DNA from: Amoeboradix gromovi X-113
Lineage: Eukaryota > Fungi > Sanchytriomycota
Assembly (NCBI GenBank): GCA_018985225.1
Contig: JADGIF010000418.1
Location: 1 to 8,944 of the forward strand
Length of the DNA: 8,944 nucleotides
Direction: 5' to 3'
Numbering within the stretch: position 1 is the first letter of the stretch; every line of letters begins with the position of its first letter. Shown in pieces: positions 7,265-8,944 of this stretch. A program made the translations under genes and the position numbers. Under the pieces are notes generated by a model, which saw only the letters and a program-made list of their open reading frames with translations, ran no database searches and was not told the DNA's origin.

Positions 7265-7555
7265 ATGTTGCTTTTTCTTTTTGTGGCAATCAATGCTATC
7301 CCCTTAGTAACGGATACATTAAAATATACTACCGCCTACTTTGGAGATAACGCGTTTGATGCACAATCTCGAACTCAATCTAGTGAACCTCAACGTTTCC
7401 CTGAAATTGACCCTGTCAACGCTGGATACAGCGAGATTAATCGTGTTGCGGAAGTCGTAAGACAAACTGCAGCTCAACCTCCAGAGGATGTATATAAAAG
7501 TTACGATGAATTCGTAAACGGTAAGGAAACTCATCGACTCTCGAATTTCTTGTGA
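7265..7555 (+). CDS. Small secreted hypothetical protein (96 aa)
   Basis: Short signal peptide MLLFLFVAINA followed by IP, then a hydrophilic, Cys-free mature part. AATAAA at 7588-7593. Confidence 0.7.
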   Translation: MLLFLFVAINAIPLVTDTLKYTTAYFGDNAFDAQSRTQSSEPQRFPEIDPVNAGYSEINRVAEVVRQTAAQPPEDVYKSYDEFVNGKETHRLSNFL

Positions 7556-7617
7556 AAGTGGGGAATTGTATTTCTGTCAAAGGTATGAATAAATAGACTA
7601 TTTTTATATAAAGTAAT

Positions 7618-8944
7618 ATGAAATTGAATACGGTATTGTGTTTATTGCTTGCCTACCCATCTCCATTGACATAGTCTGCTGTATCTAGGCTAAAAGTATT
7701 TGCTCAAGTCTAACAGTTTATTGTCTTCAGTATAACTCAAATATTGACTTGACAGCGGCATATTCTCTTAAATCTATTCTGTTCCGTAAGCTTTTTTTAA
7801 TGATAACCCTGATATATAAAGATCATAAAAATGGTTCTCGTTAAATAAGCATCCACGAGTATCAATTTAATCCACGTCCGTTTCGTATCTACCAATAGCA
7901 ATAAACTTCCAATCGTCACATCTTAGGCAGTTACTATAATTTGTTATCATGATATCGGCTTTATCTCATCTATATGGAAGACATTTACTTCTGATATAAA
8001 TCTGTAATTGAATTGTTTCCTCACGTACAATTTTACCCATCTTTGTCGAGACTTATTTGCAAGACCAAGGTATTGTTCACGTAGAGTCCTATAGGTTCAC
8101 ATTGTTTACAGAGGACATCAAGCAGTTTGTTCCGGATGTTTTTGCATCTGCATAGGTTTAGCACATGTTTTTTCTCTTGATAATTCTGAATAAACGCTTT
8201 GCCATAAAGGCCTTGTATATTGGATTAGTACGTTTCTTTACGACATTCTATTTAGATATTTCAGCAATCACATCAAATGGAAGTAATGTTCCACGAATGG
8301 ACCCAAAACTGCGCCATGTCCCCAAATATCATCTCCATAGCACTCGTAACCTGGCAAAGTATTTAATAATTGCCCATTGCTTTGCAGTCTTGCATTTCTG
8401 GTCTCTGTTTTTGCATTCAGTTCTTAGTATACTGTCATTGGAGTATTTAAAGGCAATATTTACAAGGTTTTTATTGATAAAATTATTGTTTTCGTCCCTT
8501 CAGGAGCCGTCCTAGGTCATCAATATTTGACTGCATCGTATTCTAGTACTGACTTAATCTCAGCAACATCTCGAAAGAATCCGATCCTCTTATACTTGAG
8601 AGGAAATGCATTTTTTGTTTTCCACTGTCGTAATAATCTTTATGTAGTCCTGAGCGGGAATAGCAGAGTTTTACTGCAACTGCATGCTGAAATGTGTATC
8701 TCTTCCCGCAATTCTTGTTTAGTTTAATAAATTCTGACGCTTCAGCCAAGGCACTAAGATACTTGACAGTACTCTGTATAACGGCAGATTAAAAAAGTAA
8801 TTCTAGATAACTGATCAAAACATCCCAGCATTAAACTCTTTTATTCATAAATGCATTCAGCTAGTTTCTTTCACCAAGAAATGTGGGAGCATCTTCTCAT
8901 TTAGCCATAATCAATATCATGGCAACCTTTTGTAGTTGAAATGT
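7618..8944. other. Unresolved region of short, broken reading frames on both strands; possible decayed gene(s)
   Basis: Several protein-like fragments in changing frames, e.g. + 8012-8515 broken by two TAGs and minus-strand RIGFFRDVAEIKSVLEYDAVKY. No intact gene could be assembled. Confidence 0.2.

Noticed and set aside
6020-7534. ORFs 6020..6214 (+), 6860..7084 (-) and 7319..7534 (-)
   Set aside because: The first and last are antisense to better-supported frames. The middle one has a non-ATG start and no recognisable features.

Overview
AT-rich, compact eukaryotic (fungus-like) DNA read in the standard code; the taxon is an inference only (it resembles small-genome early-diverging fungi). 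The left third holds two intact, intronless, tandem + strand genes just 36 nt apart. The first (673-1917) is a type I membrane protein with a Pro/Ser/Thr ectodomain and an unusual cytoplasmic tail full of (S/T)-x-Y motifs and S/T-x-x ladders. The second (1954-2760) is a peroxisomal 2,4-dienoyl-CoA reductase (SPS19/DECR2 family, C-terminal SKL). The rest of the window is orphan-rich. It has a 31-bp inverted repeat pair (2885-3291) whose arms both look like intron 3' ends, a possible HSP20-like ORF, a multi-TM orphan, a stop-interrupted membrane-protein relic with a candidate 30-nt intron, a hairpin/palindrome cluster upstream of a small secreted protein, and a decayed-looking region at the right end. 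The best candidate for something new is the receptor-like protein with its phospho-motif array.
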